A stretch of 64,000 nt of DNA from the NCBI GenBank assembly GCA_040389905.1, contig JAZJZK010000018.1, positions 1 to 64,000 on the forward strand. The letters run 5' to 3'. Below the pieces are notes generated by a model. It was not told the origin of the DNA, did no database searches, and saw only the letters and a list, made by a program, of their open reading frames with translations. Positions 19,820-28,400 of this stretch are shown piece by piece. Made by a program: the position numbers and the translations under genes. Source of the DNA: Gemmatimonadota bacterium (lineage in GTDB: Bacteria > Gemmatimonadota > Gemmatimonadetes > Gemmatimonadales > Gemmatimonadaceae). Each line of letters starts with the position of its first letter. Positions within the stretch are counted from its first letter, which is position 1.

Positions 19820-20434
19820 CTAGGCCGCGCCCTTCACTGGGGCCGCCTCGTCCGGATTGATCGGCTGACCCAATCCCGCCCCAATAGCTGGAGCTCGCCG
19901 CGGAGCTCTAGCGCCGTCGCTGCGACTTGACACAGCGTCAGCGCTAGGAGGTCCGCCCGGAGACCGAGGTACGCTTCCCGGTTGGTGGCGGGGGATCGCG
20001 CCGGCAATGACCTCCGTGGGCCACGAGTGCTTTCGGGGCTTCGGTTTGCGAACGTGGCGCGATGGGACGTGTCCGCCCGTGCCGCTTGAGGGCACGTGGC
20101 CAGAGTCGTCGAGATCTGCCTTCCGCTGCTCGCTGGCCCGGCTTCCTCCGGCTGTCTCGCCGTAGGCTCCAGCCGCATTTCTGCCATCGACTCCTCCACT
20201 CTCTAGTGTGAGTGTGGACGGAGCTGGAGCACCCTCTCGCGCCAAGGCGATCATGTCCGTCAATTGCGGACCGATCTTCAAAAGCTCGTCGGCGAGATCG
20301 AGCAATTGGCCGATGTCGTAGTAGCTTGGGCCGTCTACGGACAGATCAATGCCGAAGGGCCTGAGTGCTTCGCCCACGCGGATGACGCCGGGTCGGCGAC
20401 GTCGATTTCTTGCTCGCTTCGGTAACTTGCCCAT
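19820..20434 (-). CDS. Hypothetical protein (basic N-terminus, disordered C-terminus)
   Basis: GGGAG upstream of ATG; co-oriented with the recombinase. Confidence 0.45.
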   Translation of the reverse strand: MGKLPKRARNRRRRPGVIRVGEALRPFGIDLSVDGPSYYDIGQLLDLADELLKIGPQLTDMIALAREGAPAPSTLTLESGGVDGRNAAGAYGETAGGSRASEQRKADLDDSGHVPSSGTGGHVPSRHVRKPKPRKHSWPTEVIAGAIPRHQPGSVPRSPGGPPSADAVSSRSDGARAPRRAPAIGAGLGQPINPDEAAPVKGAA

Positions 20435-20548
20435 GCTCGATCTCCCAGTTGGCTCGTCGCCGATGCGACGTTGGGAGAGAGCGTAGGGCGGCTTTTCGGC
20501 ATGCCCCTTTTCGCGCTTGTTTTACTCGCAAAGAACTTCAAAAGGAAT

Positions 20549-20592
20549 CACCGTTTGTCATACCCGCTAGACAAAGGCTATGACCAACGGTG
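20549..20592. repeat. 44-bp imperfect inverted repeat (candidate recombinase site or operator)
   Basis: caccgtttgtcata-N16-tatgaccaacggtg, 13/14 complementary. Confidence 0.6.
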
Positions 20593-20923
20593 GCTGAATT
20601 CCTCTTCATTGCGTCCCGCACCGCAACGCTGCTAAGTGGTTGGCACCACATGTGTTATAAGCATGTGGTCGCGACTTGAGTATGGCGTGCCGATGGCTGG
20701 TGATCTTTGGGTGCGCGCGTCGCTGCCGTGGCGCGGTAGGGCGCGCCCTAGAGCAATTAACAATTCCCTACAATTTGCGCTCGTCCGTCCGAGGACGGGC
20801 CCTTCTCACCCAATAGTTGGGCACGACAGTTCACTTCCGGTACGCGTGCGCAAGCCTACCGGCGACCTGCCAATCAGGCTGTCTTCGAAAGGCTTCCGTG
20901 CGGTTTTTTCGCGAAAACGCGCC

Positions 20924-22537
20924 CTACTCGAGGCCGTACTTGGCTCGATAGGCGGCCTGATAGTCACTATCCTGGCAAAGGCAGCTTCCGTCAGGCGGAC
21001 GGAGCTGCGGTGCGTTCAGGGTGCCTCGCAGCGGTCGAAGGAGGTTGATCTCCGTACGTGGCGCTATCGGTTGGCTTCTCAAACTCGCAGCGTCCACGAC
21101 GATCTCGGCCGCGAGCAGAATGCCGGCCAAGGCTGACTGAAAGGCTGCGGGCACTTCCATTTCTGGCTGGTGGCCAGCTTCACCGTCGCCCAGCGTGAGC
21201 AGGACACCCCCGCAGATGCCGCGCGTGTAGAGTGCCTGCAAGGACTTCCCGAGGAAGGCTTGTAGCTCATTGCGGTGCGCGTCGTCGAGAGCCATCCGAT
21301 CTCCGATCCACGAGAGCGCATCGGCGTCGAGCGGAGCACCCGTGTCGATATAGAAGCGCACCTTCTTTCGCTCAATGGGATCCTTGATGCGAAGCGCGTC
21401 TGCCACGATGTCGTCATAGTTGGGCTTCGGCCCATTCGGCATGTAGAAGCAGCACACACACGGTCCTTCAAGAAAGTTGTGTCGCGCCACCCCAATATTC
21501 TCGGGTCGCGTCCAGGCATTGTGGATCACCCTCGGTAGGGCAGCCTGTACGCGTACCCGGTCGGCGGCGGTATCTACGGCCAAGGCTACGCGCTCCAGTC
21601 GCCAGTTGCCCTGGCGCGATGCGAACGCGCTCACGTGCTGAGCCCAGGTTACATCATGAGGCACAATCGTGAGACCATCGGAAACCCACGGGGCGTCGCT
21701 CGCCGAGGTTGCCTTGGCGCCACGCTGATCGTGGGTCGTTCCCACGTAGCGCTGCGGATTGGTGTCGTCGTACTCCTCGCCATCGACGAGGTGGAGGGTC
21801 CCGTGAACGCCCCGCGTCCTGCGCAGGGCCCAGACCGTTGCGTGGCCGATTGCACCTATCCCGACCAAATGCGCCTCGCCGATGTCGATGGAATCCGGAA
21901 GGTCAGGATTGATCGGTCTGACGAGGTCAACACCGCCGCCGGTGTCGAGGCGCATCCGCGGGACCATATCAATCACCGACATACTGACGTCGGTATCCAG
22001 ATCAGCATTCGAGAGCTGCGCGTGGAATACCGCGCGGAACACGTTGGCGGCCGCGAGACACGCCGCGACACACGCGCCAAAGATGTTGACTGACTTCCCG
22101 CTGCCGATGGGCGTCTTGTTTGAAATGGAGGCAATCCATCCATCGGACCCCGCATAGATCACGGCTCGATCCACCTTCCGGCCGTCAGCGCCTATCGGTG
22201 TTTGGCCAACGACCACTAGGACGGCCGCGTCGCTTGGATCGTCGCCCACGTCGAGTCGGGGGTTGATCGCTCGCGCCTGCGTTGTCAGATCTCCTACGAT
22301 AGACGCGGCAGCGGCGTCCAGTGGGACAAAACGGATCACAGGGTAGAGACGCGAGCACAGGTCTACTAGCAGGTCCAGCGTGGCACGAGCCTCTGATGAA
22401 CTCACACCCTGCGCATCCCACGCGACCGCAACCGGGGCGTTCTCCAGCGAACTCGCAAAAGCGCGCGCGTCGAACCCGGAAAGCACCTGGCTCGCAGACT
22501 TTGCTGCCTTGGCAAAGAATGGGGCGAGCGCCATCAC
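20924..22537 (-). CDS. bilD: Ubiquitin-activating E1-like ThiF protein (BilD-like)
   Basis: N-terminal inactive-like domain, LVGIGAIG, VDGEEYDDTNPQRY, AVDT, CVCC and CLC Zn ligands, ICGG candidate catalytic Cys. Confidence 0.8.
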   Translation of the reverse strand: MMALAPFFAKAAKSASQVLSGFDARAFASSLENAPVAVAWDAQGVSSSEARATLDLLVDLCSRLYPVIRFVPLDAAAASIVGDLTTQARAINPRLDVGDDPSDAAVLVVVGQTPIGADGRKVDRAVIYAGSDGWIASISNKTPIGSGKSVNIFGACVAACLAAANVFRAVFHAQLSNADLDTDVSMSVIDMVPRMRLDTGGGVDLVRPINPDLPDSIDIGEAHLVGIGAIGHATVWALRRTRGVHGTLHLVDGEEYDDTNPQRYVGTTHDQRGAKATSASDAPWVSDGLTIVPHDVTWAQHVSAFASRQGNWRLERVALAVDTAADRVRVQAALPRVIHNAWTRPENIGVARHNFLEGPCVCCFYMPNGPKPNYDDIVADALRIKDPIERKKVRFYIDTGAPLDADALSWIGDRMALDDAHRNELQAFLGKSLQALYTRGICGGVLLTLGDGEAGHQPEMEVPAAFQSALAGILLAAEIVVDAASLRSQPIAPRTEINLLRPLRGTLNAPQLRPPDGSCLCQDSDYQAAYRAKYGLE

Positions 22538-23109
22538 ATACGTCCGACGGAAGGAGCTGAATCATTTCCGTCGTCGCCAACTCGGATGAGGGAACGCGCC
22601 GCCTGTCGGCTCACTTCCACCCACTCACCTTCCTCCGCAAGCCGATACACGGCGGTGCTCGCGACTTCAAACGGACGCGACGCGAAGTCTGGCACCACGA
22701 GTGATAGGCCACCGGGAATTGTCACGGTGGCATAGTGGTCGTCGGTGCTGCTGTGGTAGGCTTCGGTGGGATGCGAATGCACCTGCCCCGCCAGGAGCAG
22801 ACGTCGTCGGTACAGTTCCGCGTTCATCCGGAACAACTCGTTCCCGTCGACGGTCAGGCCCACCCCCTTCGCACCGCGGAATCCGTTCTGTTTGGGCGCG
22901 AATACTTCGACGACGTCGAAGATCTTCGCGTTGTCCTCGCGAGGTCTCCCGGCCCACAAGACCAGTCCTTCAAATCCTCGCTGGCCGACCTGCCGCAGGT
23001 AGTTGTGGCCGAACTCAATTAGACCTGCTGGGATCAAGAATTCTTCTACGTCGAGAACTCCGCGATGGCTCAGAGACGTTGCAGGTTTCACAGTGGCAAT
23101 TCCTTGCAA
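22534..23109 (-). CDS. bilC: JAB/MPN+ metalloisopeptidase (BilC-like)
   Basis: FEGLVLW and QVHSHPTEAYHSSTDD JAMM motif. Confidence 0.85.
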   Translation of the reverse strand: MQGIATVKPATSLSHRGVLDVEEFLIPAGLIEFGHNYLRQVGQRGFEGLVLWAGRPREDNAKIFDVVEVFAPKQNGFRGAKGVGLTVDGNELFRMNAELYRRRLLLAGQVHSHPTEAYHSSTDDHYATVTIPGGLSLVVPDFASRPFEVASTAVYRLAEEGEWVEVSRQAARSLIRVGDDGNDSAPSVGRM

Positions 23110-24032
23110 GCAAAGCCAGAGACCTTTGCTTGAACTTGCGTGGTACCGTCTGGAAGCGGATGAAATGCGACGTTCACGCCGTACTCCACAATTGGCGCGG
23201 TGCCATAGGTGTGGAAGATGTTGAGAATGGCATCAAGGCGGCCTGCCCCAGCCGTACGATGCCGAAACCACGAATCGCCAGAGTGTCCCGGGTGCTCATG
23301 ATACTCGCGCACACCGGGGACACACATAAATGGGATGTCATCCGGCCCCCACGCCTGAAGCACGAACGCGAGCTCAATCTGCTGCGGTACCGCATCTGAT
23401 TGGCCGCTCGGTGAGCTGGGTTTCGGCGTGTGGTCAGATGAAGGTGCATCCACCGCCGCGGCACGTGCTCGACGCGGCAGCGGCCAGAAGACCTCCTTCA
23501 TGCGGAGCGGTCGCCCAGTGAACGGGTCGAAAATACTCACCGATGGCGGCTCCGCATCGAAATTGGTGTAGTCGATCACCGCTCCAAACAGGACCGCCGG
23601 GGGGCGAAGCTGTGGAACGCACTGCATGATCGTCACCTTCGGAAAGGTGGCGTTGATGAGGACGGTGCCTCGCGCCCGATACACCTCTTCGTAGCGCCGA
23701 AAGGCAGCAACTTCCCGGTCGAACTTTACGCGGCTGACTGCGGGATCGACGAACTGAACCGTGGCGTGACGCCGCTGTGCGGCAGCCGTGTTCGGCGCCG
23801 GTATTTCCATGCTCGCGAACAATGCGGACGCTGCTAAGGCGGCCGCGGCCTGCGCCGCCAGGTCTGTGTCGTTCCTGATGGACGGCGCTCCCACCGGCGC
23901 GACGGCTTGCCCGAACACGTCCTCCTCGCGCGGTCCCAGAGATGCGGGGACGATGTCCTCCACCGTCCCCGCTACTCGTACCGGCGCCGCTGGCCGCTCG
24001 ACCAAGAGGTCGGCGGCAGCCGGCTTAACCAT
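23088..24032 (-). CDS. bilB: E2-like conjugating enzyme, CEHH type (BilB-like)
   Basis: VDPAVSRVKFDRE, NFDAEPPSV, FMCVPGVREYHEHPGHSGDSW; ATG overlaps the end of the Ubl gene. Confidence 0.8.
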   Translation of the reverse strand: MVKPAAADLLVERPAAPVRVAGTVEDIVPASLGPREEDVFGQAVAPVGAPSIRNDTDLAAQAAAALAASALFASMEIPAPNTAAAQRRHATVQFVDPAVSRVKFDREVAAFRRYEEVYRARGTVLINATFPKVTIMQCVPQLRPPAVLFGAVIDYTNFDAEPPSVSIFDPFTGRPLRMKEVFWPLPRRARAAAVDAPSSDHTPKPSSPSGQSDAVPQQIELAFVLQAWGPDDIPFMCVPGVREYHEHPGHSGDSWFRHRTAGAGRLDAILNIFHTYGTAPIVEYGVNVAFHPLPDGTTQVQAKVSGFACKELPL

Positions 24033-24330
24033 TTGCGCCGGCTTCCAGCGACAGGAACAGCACCGCCCCTGACGGCAGTCCGTACGATTCTACGGAGCGC
24101 TCGTAGTCGAGCGGGTTCCCGTTGGCGTCCTTCAGGACAAACTCGTTGAGGCTACGGCCCGTCGTCCCCGTCTGCTTCAGCGCACGCTCTGCCACCTGAC
24201 GCAACTTCCAGTTGACGTTTGCCTCGACGATGGTGTCCACCGTATTCACGACCACGGTCAGATTCACGTGGTTCGGCTTCTCGTCGTGCTTGCCATTTCC
24301 CACCGCAAGCATCGTCGCTTCGTTCGACAT
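24025..24330 (-). CDS. bilA: Ubiquitin-like protein, DUF2604-like (BilA-like)
   Basis: AGGAG RBS before ATG 24330; beta-grasp pattern LTVVVN...AL..T...LKD..G..LD....VLFLSLEAGANG* ending in Gly. Confidence 0.82.
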   Translation of the reverse strand: MSNEATMLAVGNGKHDEKPNHVNLTVVVNTVDTIVEANVNWKLRQVAERALKQTGTTGRSLNEFVLKDANGNPLDYERSVESYGLPSGAVLFLSLEAGANG

Positions 24331-24730
24331 CGTTCGTAACTCCTGCTGATCGTGGATCAGCTCATAGCATCTCCTGGGGAATGGTCGAGGGGGATCGTGC
24401 GTGAGCGGTGTGGAGCCTTCGAGCAATCACGGAGTGGGATCAGTGTGCTGATCGGGTGTCCGGTTGTTTCGGAGACAGCTCCTGCGTGCAGCTTCCGCGA
24501 TCTGGCCATTCACTTCTCGATTCCGGCGCCGAAGTGCGTCGGTACGAGGCCAACCTTACCTTGCAATCTTCTCCCACGCCACTGCGTTGTAATACGCTCT
24601 CCTGCCGCGACTTACACTGTACTCATCACTTAGCTTGCTACTGCGGGCCGCGCACGTTGAAAACCTGTGGATACTGTCGGTAAATCCATTTTTCCAACGA
24701 TTCGACTTGGTCTCTTAGATGCTGTGCACC

Positions 24731-25179
24731 TCAGGGCACCACGAACGGAATACCGCGTGGTGTGGCGGCGTCCATCACCATGTGCGACGCGTAGCCCGCT
24801 GCGACGCCCACCAAGAGCGCCGCCAAGAAGTGCCACGCTAAGCCTTCCCACCCCGCCCGACTTGCACCAGCGGGGTCGCCGACGAGTGCTGCGGCCCGCT
24901 GTTCACACCGAGCAGCGGATGTCCGGCAGTGCGCCTGCAGCTGCACGTACGTCGCGAGCACCATGGCGCCTCCGCCGACCAGGCTGTGCGCGATGTTCCT
25001 GTGGTGAGACGAGACGGCCGGCTCGAGAACGTCCGGAAGAACGCCGCCGATATGACCACCCAGGCCGCCGGCGAAGATCTCCATCGCCAGTCGGATAGGG
25101 TCCGTCGTCGGCGCGACCAATGCGGCTGCTCCGGCTCCGATCAGAATTCCTGCATTCGAATGTTCGAGACGACCGGCAT
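24731..25179 (-). pseudogene. YdjM-like membrane metal-dependent hydrolase, 1-bp frameshift after the start (or sequencing error)
   Basis: H...GGVLPDVLEP..HHRNIAHS...GYASHMVMD; ATG 25179 is out of frame (449 nt); one added base gives MPGRLEH. Confidence 0.7.
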
Positions 25180-25283
25180 CAGGCGCGCTCCCCGAGTCGA
25201 AGGCGGTTGTCCGAGCTTGTGTAGTCCGGTATCGTGCGCACGTAGTCGTCAGCCTTGTTGCTGCAGGTGATGCGAATGCTCAT
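25179..25283 (-). pseudogene. 34-aa ORF resembling an internally deleted DUF3892 protein
   Basis: MSIRITCSNK + YVRTIPDYTSSDNRLRLGE resemble both ends of DUF3892; TGA overlaps next ATG (TGATG). Confidence 0.5.
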
Positions 25284-25340
25284 GGATACGCTCGCTCTGA
25301 AAGAGTTTCTGGAGGCCACCTGCGCCGTGCCGCAGCCCGC

Positions 25341-25364
25341 TAGTCGTTAAGTGAACGATTAACG
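25341..25364. promoter_or_regulatory. Operator copy 1 (putative HTH/CapH site)
   Basis: tagtcgttaagtgaacgattaacg; CGTTAA-N8-TTAACG palindrome; 20/24 identical to 26464-26487. Confidence 0.7.
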
Positions 25365-25408
25365 CAGTGCGGCTAGCTGCGCAAGGCCTGCGTGCTCGCA
25401 GCGGCTAA

Positions 25409-26122
25409 TCAGAGAAGCGGCTGGTTCTCGGTGACGAATTTGCCACGCTCAAGGGCGATGGCCATGGTCTCACGCGACACGCCGAAGGCCCTGAAGAGGG
25501 GCTCGAAGCCGTTTCGCACCTGCACCGCGAGCCGGACTGCGTGCTGACGGAGACTTTCTGAGCGCGACTCCCATTCCGGAGTGCGCCAGGCCACAGGGGC
25601 AAGCCCGAAGCGCGACTCGAACTCCAGCCGAAGGACCACGGGCTGAATCAACAGCGCCGCGGCGAATCGGTTTGCCTGCCACTCCTCAGGAGCGACCGCG
25701 CGCCCTGGGCTTGGGAAGATCGCCCTATTCAGGGACGTCAAACACTCCACAGCGCCTGCCTCGGCGAACAAGTCGAGTTCCTCAGCCTGTGCCAAGTACA
25801 GCGGCCGATGCAGCTCCCAGTGTCCGATCTCATGCGCGAGCGTGAACCGGTACCGCCCATCCGTGCCTGGCATCTTGAGCGACCGGCTCAGCTCAATGCG
25901 GCCGCGGCGAGGATACATCCGCCCCAAGATGACATCCCCGTTCTCGCTCCCGAGGTCGCACTCGTCGTCGAACGACATGTTCTCGCGCTCGCAGAGATAG
26001 TCGTAGAGGAGCGTCTCTAGATCGACCTTGGGGGTCTCAGCGCACGACATGCCAAGAGCCCTCGCGCGAAGCTGCTCCGCCTTGAGCTCGATCTCGTCTT
26101 CGCGCAACCACGGAAAATGCAC
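25409..26122 (-). CDS. ImmA/IrrE family Zn metallopeptidase (CapP-like)
   Basis: RYRFTLAHEIGHWELH (HExxH), EWQANRFAAALL. Confidence 0.9.
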   Translation of the reverse strand: MHFPWLREDEIELKAEQLRARALGMSCAETPKVDLETLLYDYLCERENMSFDDECDLGSENGDVILGRMYPRRGRIELSRSLKMPGTDGRYRFTLAHEIGHWELHRPLYLAQAEELDLFAEAGAVECLTSLNRAIFPSPGRAVAPEEWQANRFAAALLIQPVVLRLEFESRFGLAPVAWRTPEWESRSESLRQHAVRLAVQVRNGFEPLFRAFGVSRETMAIALERGKFVTENQPLL

Positions 26123-26134
26123 GCCTCTTCGCCT

Positions 26135-26452
26135 CTAATCTTTCCGCAGCTGCTGGCGCTGCTCCTCGGGAGACATGGCTTTGACTCTACGGTACAGCGC
26201 GAGTTCAGCCGCTGAGTTGGGAGCCAGATCACTCGGCAATTTTCTGGCGAGTGCAAAGACCTCGTCTGGATCTACCTCGAGTTCTCTGGCTATCGCTCTC
26301 AGAGTGTCTTCGGAGGCCGGCGGGGGATCGTCATCGAGCTCGAGCTGTGTGAGAAAGGGCGCAGACCGCTGAATCTTGCGCGCAAACTCGCGCAACCCGT
26401 CACCACGCTCAAGGCGGCGTTCGCGTATGAACTTGCCCAGCTCCGAAGACAC
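26135..26452 (-). CDS. XRE HTH repressor (CapH-like)
   Basis: LGKFIRERR..GLREFARKIQRSAPFLTQLE; directly upstream of IrrE. Confidence 0.88.
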   Translation of the reverse strand: MSSELGKFIRERRLERGDGLREFARKIQRSAPFLTQLELDDDPPPASEDTLRAIARELEVDPDEVFALARKLPSDLAPNSAAELALYRRVKAMSPEEQRQQLRKD

Positions 26453-26463
26453 TATTCAGCCTC

Positions 26464-26487
26464 TAATCGTTCAGTGAACACTTAACG
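26464..26487. promoter_or_regulatory. Operator copy 2 (autoregulatory site of the HTH gene)
   Basis: taatcgttcagtgaacacttaacg, 11 bp upstream of the HTH GTG. Confidence 0.7.
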
Positions 26488-26646
26488 TTACGCTGCGGCG
26501 AGTCATTCCGCGAGCGCCTGAAGTTCGTTCGTTTGGCGGCGCAGAGAACCCATGACGAACGAGCGGGCAGTCGTCTGAATTCGGGCGATAGGTGCTGCGA
26601 CAATTGAAAACCGCGGGACGTCTCGACGGCTGGCGCCTGAGAATAA

Positions 26647-26676
26647 GCGGGCGAACATCTAGTGATGTTCGCCCGC
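26647..26676 (-). terminator. Intrinsic terminator after the TA operon
   Basis: Perfect 13-bp stem gcgggcgaacatc/gatgttcgcccgc, then TTATTCT on the minus strand. Confidence 0.7.
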
Positions 26677-26693
26677 CTGTGTCTTGGCCGCCG

Positions 26694-27113
26694 CTAGGCG
26701 TTTTGCGCGCGGCGACTGGTCTTTGCCGTCTTCTTGGCGATAGCGCGCCCGGGCCGGCGTCTCGCGCGGGCGACTGTCTTCGGCTTCTCGAAGGTGACTT
26801 TGATGCGCTCGCCCACGGCAATGGCGATCCGTCGAAGCATTGCTAGCGAGTGCCCCTCATAGTTCGCGTCTTCGAGACGTGCAATCACCGACTGGGTGGT
26901 ACCTACCCGCATGGCCAACTCCTTCTGCGTGAGCTTGTACCGTTCACGCAGAGCATAGATCTCCTGGGCCACCTCGTTCGCCTCTGTGGCATCAGCTACC
27001 GCCTCGACCCAACCCTCCACGCCCGAGAAGAGTCGGTCGATTGCAGTAGCACCATCGTTCCGCAGGGCTGTATCCGTTTGACGAGAGGTCATCGAAGTAG
27101 TGGCAATGTTCAA
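26694..27113 (-). CDS. XRE HTH antitoxin (HigA-like)
   Basis: LTQKELAMRVGTTQSVIARLEDANYEGHSL; overlaps the toxin stop. Confidence 0.82.
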   Translation of the reverse strand: MNIATTSMTSRQTDTALRNDGATAIDRLFSGVEGWVEAVADATEANEVAQEIYALRERYKLTQKELAMRVGTTQSVIARLEDANYEGHSLAMLRRIAIAVGERIKVTFEKPKTVARARRRPGRAIAKKTAKTSRRAQNA

Positions 27114-27505
27114 GAGACGGTTGATTCAACGTACGTATGCTTCTTCGGGTCCTTCTCGAACTTCTCCTTGTACTCCGCGGCGGTAGAAATGTCGTTGGAG
27201 TCGACTTCGCCTTCCTTCGTGCAACCAAGAGCAAGGACGGCGACGCCTGAGCCAGCGAAGAAGTAGAGCACTCGGTAGTTCACCGTTCCGACTCGAGCTC
27301 GGAGCTCGTGAATCCCACCAGCGAGTGGCGCCGCGATTGGGCGCCGCAAGCCATGTCCCTCACGAGCCAACATCTCGATCAAGCTCTTCACACGAGCTGC
27401 GGCCTTGAGGTTCTGCTTCTTGCTCGGGCGGGTGAGCGTGATGAGCCAGTCATGAAACGGGACAACACCTTTTGATTCCTGGTACAGCAGTATGCTACAC
27501 GGCAT
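27110..27505 (-). CDS. RelE/ParE (Gp49/HigB-like) toxin
   Basis: LRRPIAAPLAGGIHELR..YRVLYFF; AGGAG RBS before ATG 27505. Confidence 0.85.
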   Translation of the reverse strand: MPCSILLYQESKGVVPFHDWLITLTRPSKKQNLKAAARVKSLIEMLAREGHGLRRPIAAPLAGGIHELRARVGTVNYRVLYFFAGSGVAVLALGCTKEGEVDSNDISTAAEYKEKFEKDPKKHTYVESTVS

Positions 27506-27526
27506 CAATCCGGCTCCTGATATGAT

Positions 27527-27542
27527 ATCGCATATTTGCGAT
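27527..27542. promoter_or_regulatory. Palindrome upstream of the toxin (putative antitoxin operator)
   Basis: atcgca-tatt-tgcgat, 21 bp upstream of the start. Confidence 0.45.
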
Positions 27543-27584
27543 TCCCGCAACCCTTGGAACCGTGACCCGCTCGGTAGGCAGATT

Positions 27585-27612
27585 CAATTTTGCAGCAGCG
27601 GCTGCAAAATTG
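27585..27612. repeat. Perfect 12-bp inverted repeat
   Basis: caattttgcagc-agcg-gctgcaaaattg. Confidence 0.7.
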
Positions 27613-28107
27613 TAACTCTCTAATCCATCAGCATTTGCGAAACTGGATATTCCAGCTCCGCACGGTTCTGCGACCGGGGTGCGAACGCCGGCGCGGTGGA
27701 TCTCCGCGGCACGAGTCAGTCACCTTGTCGCGAAAGGACACACTCGGCCCGCGGCCAGCATCGAGGCGCGGCGTGTTCGGTATCATGCGCATCACGACGT
27801 CAACGCGGCGCGCAACGCTTCACCTGACTGAGACGGACGGGTCGGGCAAGCTCATTAGCGAGCGGACGAGTCCAAGAAGAACCCCGTGTAGACCCTGAGG
27901 GCGCTCCCAGGAGTCAGCCGCGTGGCGTCGTAACTAAACGCGGGAGCGCAATTCCAGGGGCGGGCCTAGTGGGACTGCCCGGCCTTGGTGTCAGGAAGGC
28001 GGCTGTGAGCTCGAGGCGTTGAGCGCCGTGGGACACCAAGTCCCTTCATCGTCCCATGCTTGGGACGTATGCCGCCCCTGCCGTGAGCGATGGGACCAGC
28101 GAGTCTG

Positions 28108-28398
28108 TCAGGGCGCCTTCCCGTATTTCGCGATGTCGTCGTGCGGAACGATGTCGACGAAATAGACGGTCTGGTTCTTCGTTCGAAAGACGACGCGGTC
28201 TCCATCATTTGCGCGCGCTTCGTTGTAATACTTGTCCGGCTCGATGGGTTTGATGCGCATGCCAGGCGTCGGTTGGCTCTTCACCAGCGCCATGACAACT
28301 TTATCAATTCCCTTCTGCTCTGCAGCCTGAAAGTTCGGATAGCTCCTGTCCCACTGATCCGAGAATTCAGCGTTGAAGAAGGGCTTCCTTGCACCCAT
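28108..28398 (-). CDS. Putative RelE-fold toxin
   Basis: 96 aa, PGMRIKPI...EARANDGDRVVF..VYFVDIVPHDD; 2 bp after the AbrB gene. Confidence 0.6.
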   Translation of the reverse strand: MGARKPFFNAEFSDQWDRSYPNFQAAEQKGIDKVVMALVKSQPTPGMRIKPIEPDKYYNEARANDGDRVVFRTKNQTVYFVDIVPHDDIAKYGKAP

Positions 28399-28400
28399 CC

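Noticed and set aside
20924..24330. ThiF/ThiS or MoeB/MoaD sulfur relay
   Set aside because: An E2-like gene is present and there are no cofactor biosynthesis genes
24666..24674. DnaA box
   Set aside because: Single copy with a mismatch and no origin context
20924..26452. CBASS or Pycsar system (Cap2/Cap3 with CapH/CapP)
   Set aside because: No CD-NTase, cyclase or effector; E1 and E2 are separate and a stand-alone Ubl is present
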